64,000 bases of DNA from Malacoraja senta (Eukaryota): positions 16,928,001 through 16,992,000 of the forward strand of contig CM075988.1 of assembly GCA_038087875.1 (NCBI GenBank), in the 5' to 3' direction. Below the pieces are notes generated by a model, which worked only from the letters and a program-made list of their open reading frames with translations, ran no database searches and was not told where the DNA came from. Both the position numbers and the translations under genes were made by a program. Shown here piece after piece: positions 12,717-26,142 of this stretch (the first letter of the stretch is position 1; the number at the start of each line of letters is the position of its first letter).

Positions 12717-13190
12717 GTTTAGTTTAGTTTAGAGGAACAGCGCGGAAACAGGCCCTTCAGACCACCGAGTCCGCACCGACCAGTGATCCACGCACATTAA
12801 AGCTCCCCACACACGAGGGACAATTTACAATTATACCGAGCCAATTAACCTACAAACCTCAGGTACACAAAAATGCTGAAGAAACTCAGCGGGTGCAGCA
12901 GCATCTATGGAGCGAAGGAAATAGGCAACGTTTCGGGCCGAAACCCTTCTTCAGTCTGAAAGATGACATTTTTGTGTACCTTCGATTTTCCAGCATCTGC
13001 AGTTCCTTCTTAAACAACCTACAAACCTCCACGTCTTTGGTGCATGGGAGGAAACCGAGATCCCGGAGAAAACCCACACAGGTGACAGGGAGAACGGACA
13101 AACTGCGAACTGACAAGCACCCTTAGTCAAGATCGAACCCGGGTCTCTGGCGCTGTAAGACAGCAACTCTACCGCTGTGCCACCGTGCCT
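12717..13190 (-). mobile_element. V-SINE (HE1-like) with a nested PLE derivative
   Basis: (CTAAA)n tail, V-domain and tRNA head. Confidence 0.85.
12861..13015. mobile_element. Penelope pLTR derivative (partial foldback) inserted in a V-SINE
   Basis: Same terminal sequence as 4327-4534. 14-bp TSD AACCTACAAACCTC (12847-12860, 13016-13029). Confidence 0.85.
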
Positions 13191-13664
13191 CCCTGCTTAA
13201 TCATTCTCATAGGAGTCAACTTAATGAACCTTGTCTGAACTGCCTCTAATGCAAGTGTATCCCTAATTATATAAGATGATCAAAACTCTGCAGGTGCCAT
13301 CTCCCTAACACCCTACACACTTTCAGTAAGACGTCTCCATTTTTACATTCTATCCACTGCAATAAATGAGAGCATTTGACTTGCCTTCCTAATTACTCGT
13401 CTAACCAGCCTACTAGCCTTCAGTATTTCATATACCCAGACACTCAGAGTGCATTCAGCAGACAACAATTGTACTAAAGCCAAGCATCTCACATTTCCTC
13501 ACATTACACACCACCTAAGAAATATTTCCCACTCACATAACCTATCTATAATGTTGCCCACACCTCCTAACTTATTTTCTCACCCCTCTCAATAAATCTG
13601 GTTACAATTCACTCAGTTTCTTGATCTAAATTAAAAAAATATAAACAGCAGATACCTAGCAATG

Positions 13665-13794
13665 TTTAAACCGAAGATAGACACAAAATGCAGGAGTAAC
13701 TGAGTGGGACAGGCAGCATCTCAGACGTTTCAGGTCAAGACTCTTCTTCAGACCAGTCAGGGGAAAGGGAAATGAAAGACATAGGCAGTGATGT
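13665..13794 (-). mobile_element. Penelope pLTR derivative
   Basis: PLE terminal motif with 15-bp TSD AGATACCTAGCAATG (13650-13664, 13795-13809). Confidence 0.75.
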
Positions 13795-14466
13795 AGATAC
13801 CTAGCAATGATCACTATGGCATCCACTGGCTACTAACCTGTAAATGACACATTTATTCCAACTCCCTGCTTTGTATTAATTACCTAATCTTTTACCCATG
13901 CCAATATGTTAAACCCCACACACAATGCCATGAACTCTTATGTCTCTAAGTACAAAGCATTTTGTAAAGCCACAACATCTAATTACTGCAATTGAGCACA
14001 TTCTGTGGTCAACCAGAGTAATTGCCATTGGTGAGGGGACTATAAATTGGCAGGCCTTTCTCTCCATGTCCCATCATGACATAGAAGGAGTCCATTCAGC
14101 CCACCAAGTCAATGTTGAATCACAGAACCATCCATTCTCCACACTAATTGTCTCTGTAACTCTGTATCTTTTCCACATTCCCATTAACTTCCCCACCCAC
14201 GCCTAGATTCTACCATCTAGTTTAGTTTAGAGATACAGCGTGGAAACAGGCCATTTGGCTCACCGAGTCCATGCCAACCAGTGATACCCGTACACTAACA
14301 CTATCCTACACACTAGGAACAAGTTACAATTTTTACCGAAGATAATTGACCTACAAACCTGTATGTCTTTGGAGCGTGGGAGGAAACTGGAGCACCCGGA
14401 GCATATACAAACTCCATACAAATGGCACCTGTAGTCAGGATCGAACACGGGCCTCTGGCACTGTAA

Positions 14467-15217
14467 AGGGGCTGTCCCACTGCGGCGACCTAATTCGCGA
14501 GTTTAGAAGAGTTTGCCCTCGACTCATACTCGCAGCATGGTCGACACGAGGTCCTAGGAAGTCTTTGTAACTCTCCTTCATGCTCAAGAGTAGTCCCCGC
14601 GTACTCAAGGCCTCAGCTAGGTCGCGGCGTTTTTTTCAACATGTTGAAAAATGCCCGTGAGTAAAAAAAGGTCGCAATGGAAAAAATCGATACATTTTTA
14701 CTCGTAGGTTCAGTCGAGGTAGGTCGTAGTAGGTCGTAGTAGGTCGTAATGCTATCGTAGGTAATTGAAGGCAATCGAAGGTAATTGAAGGTAGTCGAAG
14801 GTAAAGCTCGTTGAGAAAAAAAAGGTAAGTATACCAACCAGTAAGGTTAAATGCCCGTTAAACTTTATTAAACGTTGTCTGGCTTCTTAACAGTGTCTCC
14901 ACTCCTTCTCCCCCCCTTCTCCCCCCTTCTCTCTCCTTCTCTCTCTCCCCCCCCACCCCCCGCGCTCTCTAAAGAACTTACTGTAACTATGCCAGCCGTC
15001 TTTTACCATCCTGTTCATCGCGGGTGTGAATTTCAGACAGCGCTCCCCCGCTTTCCCTGGCCCCTGCCTTTGCGATGTGTGTGTGTGTGCAGACGGTCGA
15101 TCTGGATCACGGTTTCATCGCTGACGGTCGATCCAGCTCGAGGTTTTTCAGGCGCGTGCCCTCGAGCTTGAAGGTCAAAGACAGTCGCTGAAAGGTCACA
15201 TTAGTGGGACAGGCCCT
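14467..15217. mobile_element. Harbinger-like MITE inserted into a V-SINE
   Basis: Starts AGGGGCTGTCCCAC after TAA and ends GTGGGACAGGCCCT. The first ~330 bp closely match 1772-2100. It splits the SINE motif CTGTAA|GGCAGCAACTCTAC. The right TSD is degenerate (TCG). Confidence 0.8.
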
Positions 15218-16469
15218 TCGGGCAGCAACTCTACTGATGCGCCACCGTGTTGCCCTGAAGGGCAAATTACAACGGCCAATTGCAAACCTTCATTTGGGAT
15301 GTGGAAGGAAAATGGAACACCCGGAGCAAACCCACACAGTCACAGGAAAATGTGCAAACATCTGCACGAATTGTGAGGCAGCAGCTCTACCAGCTGCAAC
15401 ATTCTGCCACCTTGTTACAGGAATAAAATCATTGGGCTTTCATATTTCATGCAATTATTTATCATCTGAAGAACTCAGTATTAACAGGAATACCTAAATT
15501 AAAAGGATTGCTTTCTCATCATCCCACAACCATCATGCTCTTGTCGAAGAAGCACCCCTTTTACAGGCGGTGAAGACTGTAAAAGCTACATCCTACATCC
15601 TCATAACGAAACACATAAAAAGGTTTTTTTTTAAGCACCAATAAACACAAGCAATCATCAAAATGGCTACATCTGCCTTGCAACACACTTGTGTTCAATG
15701 TTTTGGTCTATTGTATTACTTTGCATTTTCTGCAAATGTTCTGGTAATCACAATTTTTTTTTAAACAGCCACCTGTACCTCTATAACATAAAATAACATT
15801 AAATAATTAATAATTATATTTGCTGGTTTCAACTGGTTTTTTTAGCCCCCATGCAACATGACATGGCACAAAACAGCATGTGGGTTTTTTTAATAATAAA
15901 ATTAAAGTACAAAGTGCTGGTGGAATTAAGCAGTCGGGCAGCATCTGTGGAGGAAAAGGAACAAACGACGTTTCAGACCGGGACCTTTCTTCAAAAGCCT
16001 AATCATCGTCTGCCGATCCCTCCACAAATGCTGTCTGACCCGCTGAGTTACTCCAGCTCTTTGTGTTTTGCTCAAGATTTCAGCATCTGCAGTTCCTTAT
16101 ATCTCCCGTTTTAAGGTCATAAGGTCATAAGTGATAGGAGTAGAATTAGGCAATTCGGCCCATCAAGTCTACTCTGCCATTCAATCATGGATAGGAAAGA
16201 ACTGCAGATGCTGAGGTAACTCCAACAAAATGCTGGAGTAACTCAGCGGACGGGCAGCATCTCTTGAGAGAATGAATGGGTGACGTGTCGGGTCGAGAAC
16301 CTTCTTCAGACATGGCTGATCTATCTCTCCCTCCTAACCCCATTCTCCTGACTTCTCCCCATAACCCCTGACACCTGTACTAATCAAGAAATCTGTTTTA
16401 CAAACCAAGGAATCTGTTTTCATTTGGTCATGTTAGGAAGTGAAGATTGGTGGTAGCCTGCAAAGCCAA

Positions 16470-16557
16470 ATTCTGTCTGCTTCAAGAGGGAGAAGGCAGG
16501 CCCATTGTATTGTGCATGCATTCTGTCTGCTTCAAGAGGGAGAAGGCAGGCCCATTG
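16470..16557. repeat. Exact 38-bp direct duplication with a 12-bp spacer
   Basis: ATTCTGTCTGCTTCAAGAGGGAGAAGGCAGGCCCATTG at 16470-16507 and 16520-16557. Confidence 0.9.
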
Positions 16558-18692
16558 ACCTGAAGAGAATCAGACTATCAAACGCGATGAATGTCTTGGA
16601 ACCTTTGAGGGAATAAAATTGATCAACTCGTCAATTATCTCAGTATGCAGTGAAACCCGCATCAACACTACGGAAGGATATATTGACCTTGGCAGAGATA
16701 ACAGCAAAGATTCATTGACATGGTAGCAGGACTTAAAAGGATTAAAGTTGTGAGGATAAGTTGTACAAAGCTGATATACTCACTTCAGCACAGTAGGTTG
16801 GGGTAAGGAGTTAGTTGAGATGTCTAATAAAGAATCAGCAGGTAGATATATGGAGGCCATTTACTCTATTGGAAGAATTCAAAATCAAAGCGCCACAATA
16901 TTTAAATTACATAATTACATTATGTAAAATAAGGAAGTACTTGGTCACAATGGCAGAAATATGGGCACAGGGACAATGGAAATGATTAAGACATAGATTT
17001 ATAAATTAGGTAAAGGTGTCAACTGACTTGGATCAAATGTAAGTCAATTGAGTTGAGATACAAACTAGACACAAGCTCATGGAATGTTGGCACAGGCTTG
17101 ATGGCCTGTTGTATTCCTAATGTATGCAGCCAACACCAAGGCTCGGTGGGGGAGGACCACAGTCTAAGGCCCTTCCGCTGCTGGGACATGGGGGACAGGG
17201 TGTGGTGGAGTCACCCCTCAAAATAAGGGAAGGCATTCCACACCAGTGGGCCACATGAGTGGCAAGGGTGGGGATAAATTTGTGAAATTTGAGCAATGTG
17301 TGTAAACTGTATTGAATGTTTTGTATAGCCTCCGAAAATGTCGGATGACATTTTTTGCACGGTTCATGTATTTATTTATTACCTGAATAAAGTCTATTTT
17401 TAATTTTTTTATTTTTAATTTAAATAAATAAATAAACAAACAAATAAATGTCGCTCTGCAAGTACAGTGCATGGCTACTCTGGTATACCGACACTTTGTC
17501 ACTTCCCCCCTCCACTTCCAAATGTCAGTGGTACAGGAGTTCCTGCTGATTTCCCTGTGACAAAGATCAGTGTTAATTGCCTGACAATAGAATTGCCTGT
17601 ACATACAATTTTAATAAATGCAGCATTTTCATTATCCCAGCAATAACAGAGATATAATTTAGACGGATATCAGGCGTTGTTTAGAGGTAAGCATGGAAAC
17701 AGGCCCTTCTGCCCTCTGATTCCACGCTGACCAGCTCACACTAGTTCTGTTATCCCACTTTCACACCCACTCCCCTACAATCCTGCAGCATTTTACAGAG
17801 GCCAATTTGCCTACATCTTTGAGACGTGGGAGGAAACCGGAGCATTCAGAGGAAACCAGCGCGGTCACAGGGAGGAACATGCAAACTCCACACAGACAGC
17901 ACCCTAGGTCAGGATCTAACCCGTGTCTCTGGTGCTGTGAAGGAGCAGCTCTGCCAGTTAGTTTGGGATTCCTCAATCTATATTGGACTTGCCTCAAATA
18001 TTTTTGTGTGTGCAGAAATGGAGGTTAAAAAATGTGCACATTACAGAAAAAAAAGTCACTGTTTTCAGTCTGATTCTTGGGAACATTGAGCCAAACAAAA
18101 GTAATTTTTCACGATTTGATTTCCTCACAACTGTTCCCCAGCTCACTGTGTTCGCCACATGTGATCCACTAGTAATACTTCCGTTTTCAAATTATTGCAG
18201 GATTAGAAAGGTTGAAGGCATCTAAAGAATTGTCAGAAAATGTAACGCTTCTGGGCACCCTGCATGTTTTTCACAAATTAATCATTAAATTAAATTTGGT
18301 GAATGCGTAAAAGATCTAAACACAATGTTATTCCGCTGGCATTTGATTGCAAAGGTTGCTTTACAGCAGGAAATACTCCACATTAGTTAATGCCCCTGTC
18401 TTAATGCCCCATTCCGCACACCCACGCTCAAATCAAAAAGCAGTCAGATATTCTAACCCCAAGGCCCTTACTGACATAGCTTATTCGTAATTTCAAAAGG
18501 TGCTTCATTCACATTATTAGTCATTCTAATTTTCGTATGTATTACTTTCCCAGTCTTATTTACATCACCAAACCTAAAAAAATGCCAATAAAAAGGAAGG
18601 AATGGGATCAAATGGTTTTTATTCTATAAGGAAAAAGGGGCAAGGTTGTTCTGAACCTTTATCTTCCTACTTTCCCCAGCGTATGAAACACA

Positions 18693-19401
18693 GGGTGGCG
18701 CCAGCAATGGCGGCCTCATCAACAGTCTGTCTCGTCCATTCCTTCTTTGTTGTTTATAGTATGTGGTAAATGTATGTTTTAGTGTTCTTTAGCTTTGTTT
18801 TATGTGGGGGCTGAGTGGGGGTGGGGGGGAAACATTTTAAAAAATATCTTCCCTCAACGAAGATGCGATTTTTTAACGTATCGTATCTCCGTCCACACTG
18901 CGTCCTAACATCATGGAGCTGGCGGCCTTTGCCTTCGGGAGCTCCAATCGCGGGAGCCTGCGGGACTTAACATCATGGAGCTGGCGGTCCGTGTCGGGGA
19001 TCGACCTCGGAGCTCCAACTGCGGGAGCCTGCAGACTTAAACATCGTAGAGCTCGCGGTCCCTGGTTAGGGACTGACTTCGGGAGCTCCAAGCCACAGGA
19101 GCTTCGACCGCCCGATGCGGGAGCTTCAATCGCTCCAACGCTGGAGCTTCAATTGCCCCGATTGTGGATGGTTCGACTGCCCCGTCCGCGGGAGAATAAA
19201 GAGGGAAGAAGATTAGGCTTTCTTGCCTTCCATCACAGTGAGGAATGTGGGGATCCGCTGTGGTGGATGTTTATGTTAACTTTTATGTAGGTGTGTGTCT
19301 TGTTGCTTTTTTTAGTATGGCTGTATGGTAAACTATTCAATTCTATCACTGTACCTTAATTGGTACACATGACAATAAAAGACTTTGAACCTTGAACCTT
19401 G
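18693..19401 (+). mobile_element. Unclassified non-coding GC-rich retroelement-like repeat
   Basis: Starts GGTGGCGCC..ATGGCGGCC, has internal GGAGCT-rich subrepeats, a 3' hairpin, AATAAA and a (CTTGAAC)n tail. Related to 50808-51564. Confidence 0.55.
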
Positions 19402-20499
19402 TCTCACATATTCTGTGACCTCTTGCAGATGGACCCCATAAGTGTCAACCACATCAGGCTCTCTCATGTACCAAACCAGCTATTAACAAGTGATTTTTTT
19501 TGCCCCCCCCAAAAAAAACAAATCACGTAGAACTTAGAACAGATCAGTGTGAAGAAGGGTCTCAACCCGAAACATCACCCATTCCTTCTCTCCAGGGATG
19601 CTGCCTGTCCCACTGAGTTACTCTGGCATTTTGTGTCTTTCTTCGGTTTAAACCAGCATCTGCAGTTCCTTCCTACGAGTAGAACAATGCAGCACAGGTA
19701 AAGAATATTCGTGCTGAACATAATGCCAAGTTAAACTAATCTCCTCCGCCTGCCCGTGATTCATATCACTCCGTTCCCTGCATATCCATCTGCTTATGTA
19801 AAAGCCCCTTGAATGCCACTATCATACCTGCCTGCACCACCAGTGTGAGCTTCAACCACGCACCACTCTGTGCAAAAACCATGTCCCACTCATCAGCTTT
19901 AATCTTTGTCCTTCTCACCTTAATACTTGTGCCCTCTAGTCTTTGATTTTTCCATCCAGGGAAAAAGGTTCTGCCTGTCTACCCTATCGACGGCCCTCGT
20001 CTTTTTGTATACTGTCCGGCTTCCAACCTCCGATGGTCCAGAGAAAACAATCCAAGATTGCCCAAAGATGGACACAAAATGCTGGAGTAACTCAGCGGGT
20101 CAGGCAGCATTCCTGGAGAAAGTGGATATGTGACATTTCAGATTGCGTTCCAACCTCACTTTATAGATAACACCCTCTAATCCAGGCAGAGGTAAAAGAA
20201 AACGGGATGTTGAAAATCCTGAAGTCTTATTATCATCAATGATGGCAAGAGTTTTTTAATTACAATGTACTGTTCGAGAGCCATGCCATATGGAAACAGG
20301 TTCTTCGGCCCAACTTGCCCCATGCTGACAGTTGTGTTAACTGAATTTAGACACTCCACCTGACACGATGGGGACTTAAATGAATGGAGTCACAGAGCAT
20401 AGGCCTTTGGCCCATTGTCTGCACTGACTCATGAGTCCCGATCATTTGAAATCCCAGGATTGCCAGTCTATTGATGTGTACAGTGTACCATAATAGTGC

Positions 20500-20809
20500 A
20501 GGCACGGTGTCACAGTGGCAAAGTTGCTGCCTTACAGCGCCAGGGACCAGGGTTCAATCCTGACTACGGGCGCTGTCTGTAAGGAGTTTGTACCTTCTCC
20601 CCATGACCTACGTGGGGTTTCTCCAGGAAGATCCGGTTCCCGCCCACACTCCAAAGACTTACAGGTCAGTAGGTTATTTGGCTTGGTATAATTGTAAATT
20701 GTCCCCAGTGTTTGTAAGATAGTGTTAGTGTGCGGGGATCGCTGGTCGGCGCAGACTCGGTGGGCCGAAGGGCCTGTTTCTGCGCTGTATCTCTAAACTA
20801 AAAACTAAA
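20500..20809 (+). mobile_element. V-SINE (HE1-like), near full length
   Basis: tRNA head, V-domain and GGGCCGAAGGGCCTGTTTC..TATCTCTAAACTAAA tail. Confidence 0.85.
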
Positions 20810-21544
20810 TAATGCTGGATGTCGTGCGGGCGAACACAAGGAATAACACTCTTGTTGCTTCTTAATGTAAAAGCAGTAAACAAAACCGCCGAACTCTCAA
20901 GGGCTGAGGGAAGAGCCAAAACAAGAGCGTTAGGAATAACAGATCATTATGCACAAGGTCTCAGCGTTAGTAACTGCAAGTTGTAACCTGCCCCTTTTAT
21001 AATGACTGCATTCCAGGTACTCGCAAGTACCATTATTCCAGGTCTTCAGGTAATTAATTAAGCTATAATGGACACACATGCCTACTGTCTTGCCAAACTG
21101 AGAATAGGCCGGGCAACTGATAGACTTTACCTTTGGTCTTAGTCATTAATCATCCTGTCTAAACTCAATGTGCTGAAACGTAAGCTCATAGATCATTACA
21201 GTGATATGGCTGGACCATAATACTTTCTCGTTTCCCTGACACACTGTTCCAAAGCATTACTCCCCATGCACAATCCCAAATGATTGTAGCAGCAGTGGGA
21301 GCAGTTAATATTCATTTTTGCTCTTCCCCATTCTCCCCTCCTCCTCGGGGACGTATGTTGAAATCTACACACTTGTTTCCAGTAGAAAATGGGTCAATAA
21401 TCACAAGGCACAGATTTTAGGTCTTTGGCAAATCAACCAGGAGAGAGATTAGAAAACAAATATGTAACCGAAGCATTGTAATGGCCTGGTAGGATAAATG
21501 TCAATGGCAACTTTGTAATAGGAAGAGATTGGAAGGAAGATATT

Positions 21545-21835
21545 GTAGGAATGAACTGCACTTGCAGGTTTAAATTGAAGAAAGACACAAAATGCTGAAG
21601 TAACTCAGCGGGATAGGTAGCAGGTACACAAAAATGCTGGAGAAACTCAGCGGGTGCAGCAGCATCTATGGAGCGAAGGAAATAGGGGATAGGTAGCATC
21701 TCTGGATAGAAGGAATGGTGACGTTTCGGGTCAAGAACCTTCTTCAGACTGAAGGTCTTCTTCAGTCACCCAATCCTTCTCTCCAGAGATGCTGCCTGTC
21801 CTGCTGAGTTACTCCAGCATTTTGTGTCTATCTTT
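21545..21835. mobile_element. Foldback pLTR derivative with a second pLTR fragment nested inside
   Basis: Inverted arms. The inner 63-bp fragment 21623-21685 is flanked by the 13-bp repeat GGGATAGGTAGCA (21610-21622, 21686-21698). Confidence 0.75.
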
Positions 21836-23170
21836 GGAAGAAAGATACTTGAGGAGGGGAAGGGCCAGACTACAGGGAAGGCACAAGGGAGTGTTCCTAG
21901 TCTGCCAGCTCTTTCACAGGGCTAGAACAAGCCCTATGGGCCAAATAGTCTCCTCCTGAGATTCTAAGATCCTATCACCTTGACAACACTCAATGAGACA
22001 TCATGTCTGATATCCTCAAAGGAGGCTCTGTACCCAATCAAATTTCATCTCTTTGTGACTGAATCCAAAATCCCAGGTGTGTGATTATAGTTTGTTTGCA
22101 TTATTTATAGCATTGATGTAAAATGAATGTTTAATTCAATATTTGATCCCACTTGCACATTTCCTCTTTCTAGCTGGACTACAATAACACTCGAGGCTAC
22201 AGATACCTTTTTCCAACCCTGCATCAACCCTGCATTGACATAGAATGGAACGACCAGCTGAATCAAAATACAACTGCAGAGAACTGTTTACCATTTTCCT
22301 GATGCTCTTTCGACTTTAAGAGACCATAAAGCTGACAAATTTAGAATCCCAAATTGCTTCGGAAAACTTGTGAAAGCAACCACTGAAGTGACCATGCCAA
22401 AGTCTGTGCAGCGTACATTATAGCAGCATTGTGACACAAGGAACTGCAGATGCAGGAATCTTGAGCCAAACGCAAATTACTGGAGGAACATCAGCGAGTG
22501 AGGCAGCATCGGTGCAAGGAATGGACTGGAAACCTCTTTGGTCGTTCGGAATCATTCTGATGAAAGGTCCCGACCAAAATGTCACCTATCCATTACCTCC
22601 ACAAATGCTACCTGATCTACTGAGTTCCTCCAGCACTTTGTGTTTTGACCATAAGTGCCTCCATTTGTCATTTACAATGCAGCACCTGTGCAAGGAATTT
22701 GGGCATTTCCTCTGCTATATTATAACATCGTACATTCAACATAAATTTATTAGACGAACACTGACAAGAATATTGTCACCTGCTATATTTGCAAATGAGC
22801 ACAATTGATGCAAAAACAGTTGTCATGATGGAACCAAGTAATTCTGCTATGGTTTATCACTAATTTAGTTTAGAGATACAGCATGGAAATTGTTCCTTTG
22901 CCCACCAAAGTCAAAGTCAAAGTAAATTGTATTCGTCACATACACCCGAAGGTGCAATGAAATGAATTTGGCTGCCAAGTCCAGGCTGACAAGTGATCAC
23001 CCATACACTAGTTCTATTCTACTCACTGGGGACAATAATAGAAACCTGCGAATTAACCTACAGACCTGCACATCTTAGGAGTGTGGGAGGAAATCCAAAC
23101 ACCCAGAGAAAACTGCGCGGTCACAGGGAGAATGTACACACTCCGTACAGACAGCGCCCATAGTCAGGAT

Positions 23171-23420
23171 CGGAGACGAGGAAACACTTTTTCTCACAGA
23201 GAGTGGTGAGTCTGTGGAATTCTCTGCCTCAGAGGGCGGTGGAGGCAGGTTCTCTGGATGCTTTCAAGAGAGAGAAAGATAGGGCTCTTAAAAATAGCGG
23301 AGTCAGGGGATATGGGGGGAGGGCAGGAACGGGGTAATGATTGGGGATGATCAGCCATGATCACATCGAAGGGCCAAATGGCCTGCTCCTGCACCTATTG
23401 TCTTTTGTCTATTGTCTATT
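23171..23420 (+). mobile_element. CR1 LINE 3' fragment nested in a V-SINE
   Basis: Same subfamily tail, with GATCG repeated at both junctions. Confidence 0.8.
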
Positions 23421-23845
23421 GATCGAATGTGGGTCTCAGGTGCTGTAAGGCAGCAACTCTACCGCTGCACCACTGTGCGGCCCCTGCTACAGCAAGCAAA
23501 CAGACCAGAAGGTTTTGTGCCTTGCCGATAGTCCAATGAAGCAGTGGGTGAGCAAGAGGCATGCCGTCTAATTAAAACTGGGCACAAAGTACCTTCGCAG
23601 GTAACCGTGTGCTAAGCATCCTTGTCCTCTGCAGTCCCCTTCTATCTACCAAGAGAGAAAGATCACACCTAGTTAATTCAAACTCAAGGCCACCAATTGG
23701 TTGACCTATTCAAGATTAGTTCTGTATAACAGAGACTGTATAACAACAAACAAACACGCGTTGCTTTCAATGGTCACGACAAATGATTCCGAATATTGAG
23801 TTGGTTCCAATGACGTTGTGTGGCATTTTTACAGCTTTGCATCCT

Positions 23846-24136
23846 AGTTTAATTTAGAGATACAACATGGAAACACGTCCTTCGGCCCACGGAGTCCATG
23901 CTGACCAACCTTCACCCGCACACCAGTTCTATCCTACTCATTAGGGACAATTTCTACAGAAGCCAATTAACCTACAAACCTGCACGTCAAAGGAGTGTGG
24001 GAGGAAACCGGAGCACCCGGAGAAAACCTGCATGGTCACAGGGAGAACAAACAAAAAAATGTATGGATAGCAGCCGCGGTCAGAATCAAAGCTGGGTCTC
24101 TGGCACTGTCAGACAGCAACTCTACCGCTGCACCAC
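23846..24136 (-). mobile_element. V-SINE (HE1-like)
   Basis: Same family on the minus strand. Other minus copies lie at ~14218-15256, 17680-17956, 22863-23481, 30497-31120, 40355-40693 and 54826-55048. Confidence 0.8.
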
Positions 24137-24690
24137 ATCTGAGAAGAGTTACCCGTCCATGTTAAATCTATTGCATTGAATCAGCTATTATTCGATCTAC
24201 CTATTCTCCCTTCACAGTATCAACAAGCAAGCCTGCCCAAATAATAACACACCGTGAGTGGAAGGTCGCAGGCTCAATGAAATATAATGTTTGCTTTGAA
24301 AGGGTCAGACATGTGGAAATAAGATACAGAAATCTTTTATAAGCAAAATAACCAAGTCTCGTTCCAAACAAGTACCACTTAGCCTGTCAACTGTCGTACG
24401 CCATAAACCCATGCGAGTATGAAAAGACTGTACCAGTGATCTGAATGTTAAATTCTTTTGTTAGGCAACATCGGTTTTAATGAGATACAAAGAGAGTTGT
24501 TGATCAAATGCCTTCAAAAAGGCAAGTCAGCAACTGCTCAGTCAACCTTTGTTGTAGACTCCCCCCACCAGACATTTCATGTACCTCTTCCTCAGAAAAT
24601 TATAATATTGGCATTGCAGAGGCCATTCAGCCAAATTAGTCTATGGTGGAACAATTACTTCAGCCTATTTCTTCTGTTTCCAAAGCACTA

Positions 24691-24995
24691 CGGTGGCATA
24701 GTGACACAGCGGTAAAGCTGCTGCCTCACAGTGTCAGAGACCCAGGTTCAATCCTGACCTATGGCGCTGTCTGTGCGGAGTTGGTACGTTCTCCCTGTGA
24801 CAGCGTGGGTTTTCACCTGGTGCTCCAGTTTCCCCCCACATTCCAAAGACGTGCAGGCTTGTCGGTAAATTGCCCCTAGTGTGCAGGGTGGGAGAACAGA
24901 GAACTAGTGTGAACGGATGATCGATGGTTGGCATGGACTCGTTGGGCCAAAGGCCCTTATTCCACCCTGTATCTCTAAACTAAATTAAACTAAAC
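24691..24995 (+). mobile_element. V-SINE (HE1-like)
   Basis: tRNA head, V-domain and (CTAAA)n tail. Confidence 0.8.
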
Positions 24996-25837
24996 ACTGC
25001 ACCTTATTTTCCCACAAGACAGAATACTCTGCAAGCACAATATTGGCTTGTAATTGATTGAAGGGGACACTGGGCCTTCACAGATCATCTCCCAAACAAG
25101 TGGAGCTATGTACGCAGATTTAGTTTAGTTTATTGTCACGTGTACCGAGGTACAGTGAAAAACTTTTGTTGCATGCTAAGCAGTCAGCAGAAAGACAATG
25201 CATGATTACAATCGAGCCAGTTACAGTGTACAGATACATGATAAAGGAATACAATTGAGTGCAAGGAAAAGACAGCAAAGTCTGATCAAGAATAGTCCGA
25301 GCGTAGATAGTAGTCTAGACCAGACTAGACCAGACCAGTAGTCTATTTCAGAGACTAGAATAGGAGTGTGACTACCATCACAGCAAGATAACACAGACGA
25401 TCCTCACCCTTTCAGATCAACTACAGACCTTCATTTTATTGCAGTCGAGAACAGAACCTGAAGTAAGAGTTCAGACTACATCACTGACTAGATTCATTAA
25501 ACCAATTTAATGACCGTCTTCAAAGACAATAAATCCTTTCATAATTTTTTTTTGAAGTTCCCATCCTCAGAATACAGATCAAAATGCAAAACTTCAACAA
25601 GCATCTGATAAATGAAAAAAACATGTTATGAATAGAATGACAATCCCCGCATCCCTTTCTTTTGTGAAGTAGTGAGGTCCGGGTCATTTAAAAGAATGGA
25701 ATGATACAGTTCAACAAGTGCCTCAGTGCTCCTGCCTCTGGCCCTGCCCAATGTCCCCTCATTTCACAGCCGGATGCTCTCTCCTGTTTTATTGATGGTT
25801 TTAACCTCAAACTAGTTTGAAACTGGGATGGAAGTTT

Positions 25838-26142
25838 AGGGTGGCACGGTGGCACAGCGGTAGAGTTGCTGCCTTACAGTTGCTGCCTAGAGACCCAGGT
25901 TCAATCCTGACTATGGGTGCTGTCTCTATGGAGATTGCATGTTCTTCCCATGAGCTGCATGGGTTTTCTCCGGATGCTCCGCTTTCCTCCCACACTCCAA
26001 AGACGTACAGGTTGGTAGGTTAATTAACTTGGTAAAAATTGCAAATTGTTCCAGGTGTGTGCAGGATACTGTTAGTGTGCGGGGATTGCTGGTGAGCGTG
26101 GACTGAGTGGGTCGAAGGGCTGTATCTCTAAACGAAACTAAA
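25838..26142 (+). mobile_element. V-SINE (HE1-like)
   Basis: tRNA head, V-domain and tail. Confidence 0.85.
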
